DNA of 64,000 bases, taken from positions 320,001 to 384,000 of the forward strand of contig CAVZQC010000004.1 in the NCBI GenBank assembly GCA_963777315.1, written 5' to 3'. Source of the DNA: Vulcanimicrobiota bacterium (lineage in GTDB: Bacteria > Vulcanimicrobiota > Vulcanimicrobiia > Vulcanimicrobiales > Vulcanimicrobiaceae). The notes beneath the pieces are model-generated. The model was not told the origin of the DNA and made no database searches. It worked only from the letters and a program-made list of their open reading frames with translations. Shown here in pieces: positions 1 through 9,763 of this stretch. The translations under genes and the position numbers were made by a program. Position 1 is the first letter of the stretch. The number at the start of each line of letters is the position of its first letter.

Positions 1-1354
1 GACGCGAAGCGAGATCGTAAATGCCGAGCTGCCCGTTGAGTTCGTTGATTCCGACGTTCCAAACCGCACCGGGATCATCGGGCTGCGGCCACACCCAAAC
101 GCCGTCGGAATCGTTGGCTACGTCGCGCCAGTCGCTCTGCGTTATCCCCAGTGGGCTGAGCGAGTTCGAAGGGCCGCAGAACGAATCGTTGTCTTGAAAT
201 GCGCCGCACACGTCGTACGGCGTGCGGTTATCGTATCCGATGTGGTACGTCTGCGCCAAAACGACGTTGAAGCGCCAGTCCCACGTCGTTCCGCCGTCGA
301 CCGAAATCGGAGCGCCCCCATCGTCGGCTTCGATGACGCGCCGGCCGTTGGACGACATCCAAAAGTCGTGATGGTCCTGATGCACCGCCTGTGAGAGATC
401 GGCAAACGTCTTTCCGCCGTCGCGCGTTTGTAGCAGGTTCTCCGAAGCGAAGAGCACACGGTCCGGATCGCGCGGGTCCACGACCAAACGACTCATATAG
501 AACGGGCGCTGATCGATCAGCGTGTCGCGCGACATCAATCGCCAATGCGTTCCCGAATCGTCCGAACGCCACAATAATCCGGCGCGGCTTTGAATCAGGG
601 CGTAGACGCGGCCGTGCGAACCCGCTGCGACGCCGATTCGGCCCAGCAGGCCGCCGGGCAATCCCGAGCCGCTCAGCCGGCGCCACGTACGTCCTGCGTC
701 GCGCGATTGGTACAGGCCATCCTGCCGTCCGCCGCTGCTGAACGTCCACGGCAGCCGGCGGAATTGCCAAACGCCCGCGTACACGATCCGGCCGTCGTCC
801 GGGTCTCGCGCCATGTCGGAGATGCCGCTCTGCGGACCGGCATACAGCGTGCGCTGCCAGGTGCGCCCGCCGTTCGTCGTACGATACACTCCGCGCTGCG
901 CGCTGTCCGCAAACGGATTGCCCAGCACGCCGGCGAGCGCGCTGTTGGGATCGCGCGCATCGATGAGAATTCGCGAGACGGCGTACGACTGCGGCAGGCC
1001 CAGCCAATTCCAGTGCACGCCGCCGTCGGTGCTGCGCCAAACGCCGTCACCGTAGGAAGCGTCGTTGCGCGGTGCCGATTCGCCGGTTCCGACCCACACG
1101 ACGTTTCTGTTGCTTGGAGCGACGGCGACCGCACCGATGGCGCCAACCGAATTCGACGGCCACACGTCCGTCCAAGTCAAGCCGCCGTCGATCGTTTTGA
1201 ATACGCCTCCGCCCGCGGCGCCGAAATAGTAGAGCATTGGATCCGCGTTGGTTCCGGCGACGGCCGCAACGCGTCCGCCCGCGGCAGCCGGCCCCAGCTG
1301 CCGCCACCGCATGGCGGGAGCCAGCGAAGCGGCCAATGCGAGCAGATGCAGCAC
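1..1354 (-). CDS. Secreted BNR/VPS10-like beta-propeller (glycosyl hydrolase-like) protein, runs off window start
   Basis: Hand translation from GTG 1354: MLHLLALAASLAPAMRWRQLGPAAAGGRVAAVAG...GGVFKTIDGGLTW...GDGVWRSTDGGVHW...RTTNGGRTW; repeated S/T-x-D-G-G-x-T/H-W Asp-box motifs; absent from ORF track because no stop in window. Confidence 0.85.
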   Translation of the reverse strand, partial: MLHLLALAASLAPAMRWRQLGPAAAGGRVAAVAGTNADPMLYYFGAAGGGVFKTIDGGLTWTDVWPSNSVGAIGAVAVAPSNRNVVWVGTGESAPRNDASYGDGVWRSTDGGVHWNWLGLPQSYAVSRILIDARDPNSALAGVLGNPFADSAQRGVYRTTNGGRTWQRTLYAGPQSGISDMARDPDDGRIVYAGVWQFRRLPWTFSSGGRQDGLYQSRDAGRTWRRLSGSGLPGGLLGRIGVAAGSHGRVYALIQSRAGLLWRSDDSGTHWRLMSRDTLIDQRPFYMSRLVVDPRDPDRVLFASENLLQTRDGGKTFADLSQAVHQDHHDFWMSSNGRRVIEADDGGAPISVDGGTTWDWRFNVVLAQTYHIGYDNRTPYDVCGAFQDNDSFCGPSNSLSPLGITQSDWRDVANDSDGVWVWPQPDDPGAVWNVGINELNGQLGIYDLASR

Positions 1355-1360
1355 GCTGCG

Positions 1361-2473
1361 CTACGGCGCCATCACGTGCATGTAGTGCGTGTCGAACGCG
1401 CTCAGCAGCCCTTCGGCGTTGGAATACGGTCCGCTGGCGTACGCGCGCGAACTCATCCCGAGCTGGGTCAGCTCGTTGACGCGCCAGTCTTGCCGGTTAG
1501 TGACGTCCCAAAACTCCACGGCGTCAGCGGGATCGAATCCGGGCTGAGCCATCGTGTTTGGCTGGAAGAGCCACGCGCACACGATTTGCGTGCGATCCGC
1601 TGCCACCGGGCGAACGTAATGGACCATGACGTAATCCGGATGCAGACTCAAAAGCATCGAGGGAAAGATCGTGTAGTAGTACACGCGGTGCAAATTATCG
1701 CCGCGTACGCTGCCCACGGGCGGCCGCGTGGTGCTTCCCGTGGTCGTCAAACTGCTGCCGCGTTCGCGCAGTTCCGAATATCCGCCCAAGAACGGTCCTT
1801 CGGAGAGATCGTTGCGGCCGCTGTCGGAAGGCGAGAGCTTGTCGAGCTGGGGGTGCACGAGCGGGCAGTGATAACATTCGGAGTAGTTCAGAAACGCCAG
1901 CTTCCAATTGCAAGCCAAGTCGTAGGCGATCGTGCTTGCAGTGCGAAGCGTCCCGATGTCCCAATCGGCAAAGCGGCCGGCGAGCGGAGCGAACGCCGAT
2001 TCGAACGGTTCGGCGCGCTCGTCCAGATTGAGGAACACGAAGCCTTCGAACGTGGCGACGCGCGCTTGCTTGAGCGGATACTGCGCGCGATCGAAGCCCG
2101 CGACCTCGTGCATGTTTCGCGCGGCGATCAGCGTGCCGTCCAGTCCGTAGGTCCATGCGTGATACGGACATTGGATCGATCCGGTAAAATGACCTGAATC
2201 CTGCGTGCACATGCGAGAGCCGCGGTGGCGGCAGACGTTGTAGAACGCGCGAACGCTTCCGGTTTTATCTTTGGTGACGATCAAACTCTCGCCGGCGACC
2301 TCGGCGAGAAAAAAGTCTCCGCCGTTCGCCAGCTGCTCCAGACGGCCGACGCAGATCCAGTGCGAAGCGAAGATCCGCTGGAATTCCAGCGCAAAGACTT
2401 CGGGCGAAGTGAACCAGCGCGCCGCCGGCGTCATTGCGTTCTCGAGTACTCGCGGCTTAGCGAACGTCTTCAT
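1361..2473 (-). CDS. Rieske non-heme iron oxygenase alpha subunit (choline monooxygenase/GbcA-like)
   Basis: CRHRG...CPYHAW Rieske motif; NWK...ECYHCPLVHP iron site. Confidence 0.9.
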   Translation of the reverse strand: MKTFAKPRVLENAMTPAARWFTSPEVFALEFQRIFASHWICVGRLEQLANGGDFFLAEVAGESLIVTKDKTGSVRAFYNVCRHRGSRMCTQDSGHFTGSIQCPYHAWTYGLDGTLIAARNMHEVAGFDRAQYPLKQARVATFEGFVFLNLDERAEPFESAFAPLAGRFADWDIGTLRTASTIAYDLACNWKLAFLNYSECYHCPLVHPQLDKLSPSDSGRNDLSEGPFLGGYSELRERGSSLTTTGSTTRPPVGSVRGDNLHRVYYYTIFPSMLLSLHPDYVMVHYVRPVAADRTQIVCAWLFQPNTMAQPGFDPADAVEFWDVTNRQDWRVNELTQLGMSSRAYASGPYSNAEGLLSAFDTHYMHVMAP

Positions 2474-2626
2474 GCCTGTCCCCTACTTTTGTCGCAACGC
2501 CCGAGGATTCGCTCGCAGGCCGCGCGAACCTTCACGGCTACCCTTCCTTTATTCGGGCATTGACTCATACGATCGGTGGTTCGTCGGTGATGCAGCCAAT
2601 TCGGCCGAAAGATACGGGGTTTGCCG

Positions 2627-3712
2627 ATGGAATTGCAGCGTTCTCTGCCGAAAGATGCCTACCTGACGGCTGCATTCTATGAGCGTGAGTGCCGTTCGAT
2701 ATTCCGCGACCAATGGGTCTGCGCCGGTCGAGCGCAACAGTGGCGCGATCCCGGAGCGTACCGCGTCCTCGATATAGCCGGCGAAAGCGTGGTGATCGTG
2801 CGCGGGCGCGAAGGCGGTTTGCACGCGCACCTAAACCTCTGCCGTCATCGCGGCAGCCGTCTGCTGTGCGGAGACGGCACGTTGCGCGGCGCCATTCGGT
2901 GTCCGTATCACGGTTGGACGTATGCGGCCGACGGCGAACTGATCGCTGCGCCGTTCGTGCCGTTCGACGCCATTCCCGAAGATGCAAAGCGATTGCACGC
3001 CGTGGCGGTCGACCAATGGGGCGGCTTCGTGTTCGTGCATCTGACGCCGGCGCACGCGCAAACCGCCCCGCTTTTGGCCCAGCTGGGCGCGGTGCCCGAA
3101 CGCTTGGAGCGCTATCCGCTCGCCCATTTGGCGATCGGCAAAACGATCGAGTACGACGTCCGCGCGAATTGGAAAGTTCTGCTGGAGAACTACAACGAGT
3201 GCTACCATTGCGCGGGCGTGCATCCCGAACTCTGCCGGATCGTGCCCGCGTTCAAGCAGCGCGGAGGTGCCGATCTCGATTGGGAGCACGGCATTCCTCA
3301 CCGTGCCGGCGCGTACACGTTTTCCTTCTCCGGAACGACTGCGCGATGTGCGTTCGCCGCCCTCGATGAAAACGAGCGCGTTCGCCACAACGGCGAACTG
3401 ATCTATCCGAACTTGCTGTTGAGCTTGAGCGCCGACCACGTCGCCGCGTTCCGTCTTTTTCCGGACGGTCCGCACCGCACCGTGGTGCTGTGCGACTTTC
3501 TTTTCCATCCCCAAGAGATGGCCAAGGCCGGCTTCGATCCGTCCGACGCCGTCGAATTCTGGGACGTGGTGAATCGCCAAGACTGGCACGTCTGCGAAGG
3601 GGTTCAAGACGGAATGACCAGCAGCGCTTTCCAGTTCGGTTACTATGCGCCCATGGAAGACGCGAGTTTGGACATTCGGCGTTACATTGCCGCTCGGGTC
3701 GGTGAGGTATGA
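2627..3712 (+). CDS. Rieske non-heme iron oxygenase alpha subunit (paralog 2)
   Basis: CRHRG...CPYHGW; NWK...ECYHCAGVHP; C-terminal GFDPSDAVEFWD motif shared with paralog. Confidence 0.9.
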   Translation: MELQRSLPKDAYLTAAFYERECRSIFRDQWVCAGRAQQWRDPGAYRVLDIAGESVVIVRGREGGLHAHLNLCRHRGSRLLCGDGTLRGAIRCPYHGWTYAADGELIAAPFVPFDAIPEDAKRLHAVAVDQWGGFVFVHLTPAHAQTAPLLAQLGAVPERLERYPLAHLAIGKTIEYDVRANWKVLLENYNECYHCAGVHPELCRIVPAFKQRGGADLDWEHGIPHRAGAYTFSFSGTTARCAFAALDENERVRHNGELIYPNLLLSLSADHVAAFRLFPDGPHRTVVLCDFLFHPQEMAKAGFDPSDAVEFWDVVNRQDWHVCEGVQDGMTSSAFQFGYYAPMEDASLDIRRYIAARVGEV

Positions 3713-4872
3713 TCCGCTCGTTCGACGTCGTCGTGCTTGGACTGGGCGCGTTGGGCAGCGGCGCTGCGTACTGGCTGGCACGCGCAGGCGCGGACGTCTT
3801 GGGATTGGAGCAATTCGATCTGGGACACGCACGCGGAGAATCGCACGATCACTCGCGGATCATCCGGCTCTCGTATCATGCGCCCCATTACGTGCGTCTG
3901 GCCAAGGAGGCCTATCAAGCCTGGGCGGCGGTAGAAGAGCACGCGCAAGCGCAGCTGGTTTTCACCACGGGCGGATTGGATTTGGGTCCGCGAACGGGTG
4001 CGATTCCGCTGCAAGGCTACGCGAACGCCATGCAGGCGTGCGGGGTGCCGTTCGACTACCTGGATGCGCCCGACATTCGCCGGCAGTTTCCGCAGTTCCA
4101 AGTCGGTGACGACGTCCATGGCCTGTTTCAAGCCGATGCCGGAATCCTTGCCGCCGAACGCGCGTCGCACGAACATCGGCGACTTGCGCGCGAACTGGGC
4201 GCTACGCTGCGCTCGAACGCGCGAGTGCACTCGCTGCGAAACCGCGGATCGCAGATCGATATCGAGACGCAGGACGAACGGTTTACCGCAGGCGCTGCCG
4301 TGATCGCAGCCGGTCCCTGGACCAACGCAGCGCTCGCGCATTTCGAGCTCGCGCTGCCGCTGGAAATCACGAAGGAACAGCCGATGTATTTCCGAGCCGC
4401 GGATCTGCGGCCGTTTGCACCCGAACGGTTTCCCGTGTGGATTTGGATGGACGATCCATCCTTCTACGGGTTGCCCGTCTTCGGCGAACCCGCCGTAAAA
4501 GTGACCCAAGACGCCGGCGGGAAGCCGGTCGATCCCGACACGCGGGATTTCGAGCCCGATCCCGGCATTTCAGCGCGGGTTCGCTCGTTTCTGCGCTCGC
4601 ATCTGCCGTCGGCGCTGGGGCCCGAACATGTAGTCAAAACCTGCTTGTATACGCTCACGCCGGACCGCGACTTCATCGTCGGCACGCTTGTCGAGCAGCC
4701 CAACGTGCACGTCGCCGTAGGCGCGGGCCATGCGTTCAAGTTTGCCTCGGTCATCGGGCGCATTTTGAGCGATCTCGCGCTTACCGGCGCGACCCGGAGC
4801 GACATCGGCGCGTTCGCGATCGACCGGCCGATTTTACGCCTGCAATCGCCGCCAAAAACCTACATGGTATAG
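3709..4872 (+). CDS. solA: N-methyl-L-tryptophan oxidase / monomeric sarcosine oxidase family
   Basis: GLGALG FAD fold, SHDHSRIIR, covalent-FAD motif TCLYTLTPD, GHAFKF. Confidence 0.8.
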   Translation: MIRSFDVVVLGLGALGSGAAYWLARAGADVLGLEQFDLGHARGESHDHSRIIRLSYHAPHYVRLAKEAYQAWAAVEEHAQAQLVFTTGGLDLGPRTGAIPLQGYANAMQACGVPFDYLDAPDIRRQFPQFQVGDDVHGLFQADAGILAAERASHEHRRLARELGATLRSNARVHSLRNRGSQIDIETQDERFTAGAAVIAAGPWTNAALAHFELALPLEITKEQPMYFRAADLRPFAPERFPVWIWMDDPSFYGLPVFGEPAVKVTQDAGGKPVDPDTRDFEPDPGISARVRSFLRSHLPSALGPEHVVKTCLYTLTPDRDFIVGTLVEQPNVHVAVGAGHAFKFASVIGRILSDLALTGATRSDIGAFAIDRPILRLQSPPKTYMV

Positions 4873-4873
4873 C

Positions 4874-6226
4874 GTGGTCGGACTTCGGCGAAGTCTAGGA
4901 CTGCTCGACGTCGTCCTTTTCTTTCTCATTGCGTGCACCAACTTGCAATGGGTTGCAACCGCGGCGGCGGCAGGACCGGGTGCGCTGCCGGTGTGGCTTA
5001 TCGGCTGCGTTGCGATGTTCGTTCCGATTTCCGTGGTTGTCATGCATCTATCCGCGCGCTATCCGGACGAAGGCGGGCTCTACGTTTGGAGCAAACGCGC
5101 ATTCGGACCGTTCGGCGGTTTCATCACCGGGTGGACGTACTGGTGCAGCAATTTACCGTACTTTCCGGCGCTGCTGTATTTCACCGCCGGCAATGCGCTG
5201 TTCATCGGCGGTGCGGGTGCGGCGCATTTAGCCGGTTCGCCGTGGTACTTCATCGGCGTTTCGCTCGCAGGCTTTGCGCTGGCCACGTTGGTCAACGTCG
5301 TCGGTTTGGACGTGGGCAAATGGCTCAACAACGCGGGCGCCGTCAGCCGATGGATCGTAACGATCATGCTGATCGCGCTGGGCGCGACGGCGTGGTGGAA
5401 GTTCGGTTCGGCAACCCCGCTGACGGCTGCGTCGATGCGTCCCAGCTTGCAACTCAAGGATCTGATCTTTTGGTCGGTGATCGCATTTGCTTGGACGGGA
5501 CCCGAAGCCGTGCCGTTCATGTCGGGCGAGATCAAGAACCCGCGCCGGACGATTCCGCGCGGCTTAGCCATTGCCGCGCCGGCGATTGCGGCAGTCTACA
5601 TCTTGGGAACGGCCGGCGTTCTTGCGGCGCTCGCACCGGGTCGCGTGAGCGGTTTGTACGGCGTGATGCAGGCCATCGGCAGCGTATCGGCGCGCATGAG
5701 CTGGAGCGCGCTGACGCCGGCGGCGGCAGTGCTCGTGACGATCAGCTGCCTGGGTAGCGTCGGGTTATGGCTGGCGGCGGTGGCTCGCATTCCGTTCGTC
5801 GCCGGCATCGATCGCTATTTGCCGCCTGCGTTCGGACGAGTCCATCCGCGTTGGGGTTCGCCCATCGTTGCGATCCTCACGCAAGCCGGCATTTCGGCGG
5901 TGTTCATCGTTGCGGGTCAGGGAGGCACCTCGGTAAAGGGCGCTTACGACATACTGGTCAGTTCGACGGTGCTGATCACGATGATTCCATTCGTGTTCCT
6001 TTTTGCGTCGGCGATCAAGCTGCGAGGCACGGCGATAGTGATCTTCGTTGCGTCGATCGGCATCCTCACGACGCTGGGCGCGATCGTGCTCGCGATCGTC
6101 CCCAGCCCGGATGAACCGAACAAGCCGCTGGCGGTGGCGAAGGTTTTGGGATTGACTGCAGTAATGCTCGGCTGCGGAGCCGTCGTCTATTTTCGAAAAC
6201 GGGAGAAACATGCAATCCACGTATGA
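4874..6226 (+). CDS. APC family amino acid permease
   Basis: ~12 TM segments, YPDEGGLYVW, GEIKNPRRTIP motifs. Confidence 0.9.
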   Translation: MVGLRRSLGLLDVVLFFLIACTNLQWVATAAAAGPGALPVWLIGCVAMFVPISVVVMHLSARYPDEGGLYVWSKRAFGPFGGFITGWTYWCSNLPYFPALLYFTAGNALFIGGAGAAHLAGSPWYFIGVSLAGFALATLVNVVGLDVGKWLNNAGAVSRWIVTIMLIALGATAWWKFGSATPLTAASMRPSLQLKDLIFWSVIAFAWTGPEAVPFMSGEIKNPRRTIPRGLAIAAPAIAAVYILGTAGVLAALAPGRVSGLYGVMQAIGSVSARMSWSALTPAAAVLVTISCLGSVGLWLAAVARIPFVAGIDRYLPPAFGRVHPRWGSPIVAILTQAGISAVFIVAGQGGTSVKGAYDILVSSTVLITMIPFVFLFASAIKLRGTAIVIFVASIGILTTLGAIVLAIVPSPDEPNKPLAVAKVLGLTAVMLGCGAVVYFRKREKHAIHV

Positions 6227-7808
6227 CGCCATCATCATCGGTGCGGGCCACAACGGTTTGGTCGCCGCGTGCTATTTGGCGCGCGCTAAGTGGAAGGTGC
6301 TCGTCCTCGAGCGCCGGTACATCGTGGGAGGAGCATGCGTCACCGAAGAGCGCACGTTTCCCGGTTTCAAAGTTTCGACGGCTGCTTACGTGAACAGTTT
6401 GTTTCGGCCGGAGATCGTGCGCGATCTGCACCTGGCGGACTATGGATTCGAACTGATCGAACGCAATCCGGCGTCATTTTCTCCGTTTCCCGACGGGCGC
6501 TACCTCATGCTGGGCAGCTCGAGCTCGCAAGACGTCGCGGAGATTTCAAAGTTCAGCGGGAAAGACGCGGCAAACTATCCCCGGTACGAGCAAATGCTCC
6601 AGCGGGTGGCTTCGGTGATCGAGCCGACGCTCACGAAACGCCCGCCGAATCTGCTGCGCCCCTCGCTCACCGATCTGTTGCAGATGGGCATGCTCGGTTT
6701 GGACCTGAAAAAGCTCGGACCCGCTATGAGCGAGGCCGTCGAGGTGCTCACCGGGGCAGCGCGACCCATTTTGGACCGCTGGTTCGAATCCGAACAGTTA
6801 AAGGCCACGCTCGGCACGGACGCCATCATCGGCGCCTTCGCATCGCCCTCGATGCCCGGCACCGCGTACGTTCTCTTTCATCACGTCATGGGTGAAACCA
6901 ACGGCAAGCGCGGCGTGTGGGCGTACGTCAAGGGCGGCATGGGCGGTCTGACGCAGGCGTTGGCCCGCGCGGCCGCAGATCTGGGCGTGGACGTCCGCAC
7001 CGACGCGCACGTGTCCAAAATTCTGACCAAGGACGGCGCGGTGAGCGGCGTCTGCCTTTCGAACGGCGACGAATTTTCCGCTGCGGCGGTTGCGAGCAAC
7101 GCCGATTGCAACGTTACGTTCAATCAACTCCTCGACGGCGAGCGCTCCGTTTTGCCCGCCGGTTTCATGGACGCGATCGATCGCATCAGTTACGACAGCG
7201 CTTCGGCGAAGATCAACGTCGCGCTGGAGCGCCTACCGAGTTTTACGGCACTGCCCGGCCACGAACCGGGCCCGCAGCATCGCGGCACCGTTCACCTATG
7301 CCCGGATCAGGATTTCATCGAGCGCGCGTACGACCAAGCCAAGTACGGATACGCGTCCGATGAGCCGATCGTGGAGTGCACGATGCCCTCGGCGCTGGAC
7401 GCTTCCGTCGCACCGCCCGGCAAGCACCTCATGTCGATGTTCGTGCAATACGCCCCGTACAAACTCAAAGATCGCCCGTGGGACGATGCCGCCAAAGGAG
7501 CGTTCGCGGACCGCTGTTTCGACATCGTCGAGCGATACGCACCGGGATTCAGCAGCTCGGTCATCGATCGCCAAATTCTCACGCCGGCGGACTTGGAGGC
7601 GACGTTCAATCTTACCGGCGGCAACATCTTTCAAGGCGCGATGAATTTGGACAAGCTCTTCATGTTCCGGCCGGCGCCGGGTTACGCCGGCTACAAAATG
7701 CCGCTCGAGGGCCTCTATCTGTGCGGTTCGGCGGCGCATCCGGGTGGCGGCGTCATGGGCGCTCCCGGGTGGAATGCAGCGCGAGAGATGATCCGCAACG
7801 CCCGCTAG
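6210..7808 (+). CDS. Phytoene desaturase-family FAD/NAD(P) oxidoreductase
   Basis: GAGHNGL N-terminus; LYLCGSAAHPGGGVMGAPG C-terminus. Confidence 0.85.
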   Translation: MQSTYDAIIIGAGHNGLVAACYLARAKWKVLVLERRYIVGGACVTEERTFPGFKVSTAAYVNSLFRPEIVRDLHLADYGFELIERNPASFSPFPDGRYLMLGSSSSQDVAEISKFSGKDAANYPRYEQMLQRVASVIEPTLTKRPPNLLRPSLTDLLQMGMLGLDLKKLGPAMSEAVEVLTGAARPILDRWFESEQLKATLGTDAIIGAFASPSMPGTAYVLFHHVMGETNGKRGVWAYVKGGMGGLTQALARAAADLGVDVRTDAHVSKILTKDGAVSGVCLSNGDEFSAAAVASNADCNVTFNQLLDGERSVLPAGFMDAIDRISYDSASAKINVALERLPSFTALPGHEPGPQHRGTVHLCPDQDFIERAYDQAKYGYASDEPIVECTMPSALDASVAPPGKHLMSMFVQYAPYKLKDRPWDDAAKGAFADRCFDIVERYAPGFSSSVIDRQILTPADLEATFNLTGGNIFQGAMNLDKLFMFRPAPGYAGYKMPLEGLYLCGSAAHPGGGVMGAPGWNAAREMIRNAR

Positions 7809-8179
7809 AGGGATTTATGCTGATGAAGACCGACCTTGTTGCCTTCGGGGTCGTCGAACGAGGCGACACGGCATCCGGGATGATCGGCCGCTTTTTCGTC
7901 CGCGCTGCTCGCGCGTTCGCGGACTCGATCGAGCGCTGCATCGATATCGTCGACTTCGAACACGACGCCGCTGCCCGAGCCCGCGGGTCTTCCCAAAAAT
8001 TCTTCGGGCAGGATCGTGAACCAATGATCGTTGCCCAGGTCGAATTCGACGAATTGCGCCCGGTCTTCGCTGGGATGCGCCCGGTCGACGCGCAGACCTA
8101 ATACGTCTCGGTAAAAGGCGAGCAGATTCGCGACGTTTTTGCCGGGATACGCGGTCCATGCGATGGACTTTACCTGCAT
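7805..8179 (-). CDS. VOC/glyoxalase family protein
   Basis: FYRDVLGL...VVFEVDDID...FDDPEGNKVGLHQ; ATG 8179 with GGAG upstream. Confidence 0.85.
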   Translation of the reverse strand: MQVKSIAWTAYPGKNVANLLAFYRDVLGLRVDRAHPSEDRAQFVEFDLGNDHWFTILPEEFLGRPAGSGSGVVFEVDDIDAALDRVRERASSADEKAADHPGCRVASFDDPEGNKVGLHQHKSL

Positions 8180-8294
8180 AGAGTCTCCGTTTGTTGGCTG
8201 ATGCTGTGGCGGAAAACGCTTGGCCGCAGGCGCTGCGATGGCCTTCAGGAGGCGCCGTGACGGAGATCGGCACTGCCTGCCGTACACCCGGCCC

Positions 8295-8957
8295 ATGGCT
8301 TCCAGATCGCGCTTCCTGCCCGAAGAGATTCAGCAGTACATGATCGCCACGACGCTGCGCGACAGCGGCGTGCTTTCCGATCTGCGGGAAGAGACCGCAA
8401 AGATGCCTCACGCCGGAATGCAGACCGGCGCTGACCAAGTGCAATTTCTGCAGCTGCTCGTGCGCCTCATCGACGCGCGCCGGTGCATCGAGGTCGGCGT
8501 GTTTACCGGATACAGCGCCCTCGGTGTGGCCTTGGCGCTCCCGCAGGACGGCCGCATCGTCGCTTGCGACGTGAGCGAGGAGTACACGTCGGTAGGGCGG
8601 CGGTATTGGCAGCGCGCCGGCGTGGCGGAGAAAATCGATCTACGGCTCGCGCCTGCAGCGCAAACGCTGGAAGGGCTGGTTGCGCAGGGCGAGAGCGGAC
8701 GATACGATTTTGCGTACATCGATGCCGACAAGTCCGGCTACGACGTCTACTACGAGCATTGCCTTGCGTTGGTTCGCAGCAACGGGCTGATTGCGATCGA
8801 CAACGTGCTGTGGGGAGGCGATGTGGCGGATCCGGCAATCGACGACGAGGATACGTCGGCGCTGCGCCGGCTCAACGCTAAGATCGGCCGCGACGAACGC
8901 GTCGACGCGACGCTGCTGCCGCTGGGCGACGGACTCATGGTGGTTCGCAAACGCTGA
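8295..8957 (+). CDS. Class I SAM-dependent O-methyltransferase (CCoAOMT-like)
   Basis: EVGVFTGYSAL, DFAYIDADK, IAIDNVLWGG motifs. Confidence 0.9.
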   Translation: MASRSRFLPEEIQQYMIATTLRDSGVLSDLREETAKMPHAGMQTGADQVQFLQLLVRLIDARRCIEVGVFTGYSALGVALALPQDGRIVACDVSEEYTSVGRRYWQRAGVAEKIDLRLAPAAQTLEGLVAQGESGRYDFAYIDADKSGYDVYYEHCLALVRSNGLIAIDNVLWGGDVADPAIDDEDTSALRRLNAKIGRDERVDATLLPLGDGLMVVRKR

Positions 8958-8963
8958 TTGCAC

Positions 8964-9731
8964 GTGAAAGTCGTCACGCTGAATTGTAACGGTATCCGCT
9001 CTGCAGCCCGCAAGGGGTTTTACGAGTGGATGCAGGCGCAGGACGCAGACTTCGTGTGCCTGCAGGAAACCAAAGCGCAGGAACATCAGCTTCCGCTCGA
9101 AGCGGCCGCGGTAGCGCACTACACCGGCATATTTCTGGACGCCGAGAAAAAGGGATACAGCGGCGTGGCGATTTACGCCAAGCGCGCGCCGGACTCGGTC
9201 GTTCGCGGTTTCGGCTGGCCCGAATACGATCGCGAAGCGCGTTGGCTGCAATTCGACTACGGCAGCCTGAGCATTGTATCGCTTTACGTCCCCTCGGGTG
9301 CGATGGGGCCGCCGCGGCAGGTCGTCAAAGAGGCGTTTTTGGAGCGTTTCCGTACGCGCCTCGCGCAGTTGCGGCAAGACGGCCGTTCGTACCTCATCGC
9401 CGGCGACTTCAACATCGCCCACCAGGAGATCGACGTCTACAACCCTGTCCGCTGCGCGCACATCTCGGGATTCTTCCCGCACGAGCGAGCGTGGTTGGAC
9501 GGCGTGATCTCGCAGCTCGGTTGGGTCGATGCGTACCGCGCGGTCAACACGCAGCCAAAACAGTTCAGCTGGTGGTCGAACTTTCAGAACGCGTTCGAGC
9601 GCAACAACGGCTGGCGCATTGATTACAATCTCATCACCCCCGACTTGCGCCAGAAGGTGCGTTCGGCCAGCATCTATCGGGAGCGGCGCTTCTCGGACCA
9701 CGCTCCGGTGACGATCGAATACGATATGTAG
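8964..9731 (+). CDS. xth: Exodeoxyribonuclease III
   Basis: NCNGIR, LQETKA, GYSGVA, GDFNIAH, GWRIDY, SDHAP. Confidence 0.93.
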   Translation: MKVVTLNCNGIRSAARKGFYEWMQAQDADFVCLQETKAQEHQLPLEAAAVAHYTGIFLDAEKKGYSGVAIYAKRAPDSVVRGFGWPEYDREARWLQFDYGSLSIVSLYVPSGAMGPPRQVVKEAFLERFRTRLAQLRQDGRSYLIAGDFNIAHQEIDVYNPVRCAHISGFFPHERAWLDGVISQLGWVDAYRAVNTQPKQFSWWSNFQNAFERNNGWRIDYNLITPDLRQKVRSASIYRERRFSDHAPVTIEYDM

Positions 9732-9763
9732 GCGCAGTCGCCGGCCGGGGCCAATAGGTCGGT

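Noticed and set aside
590..2197. Long antisense/alternate-frame ORFs (also 9674-11677, 23762-25423, 51337-53022)
   Set aside because: Typical high-GC shadows of well-supported genes on the opposite strand; no motifs
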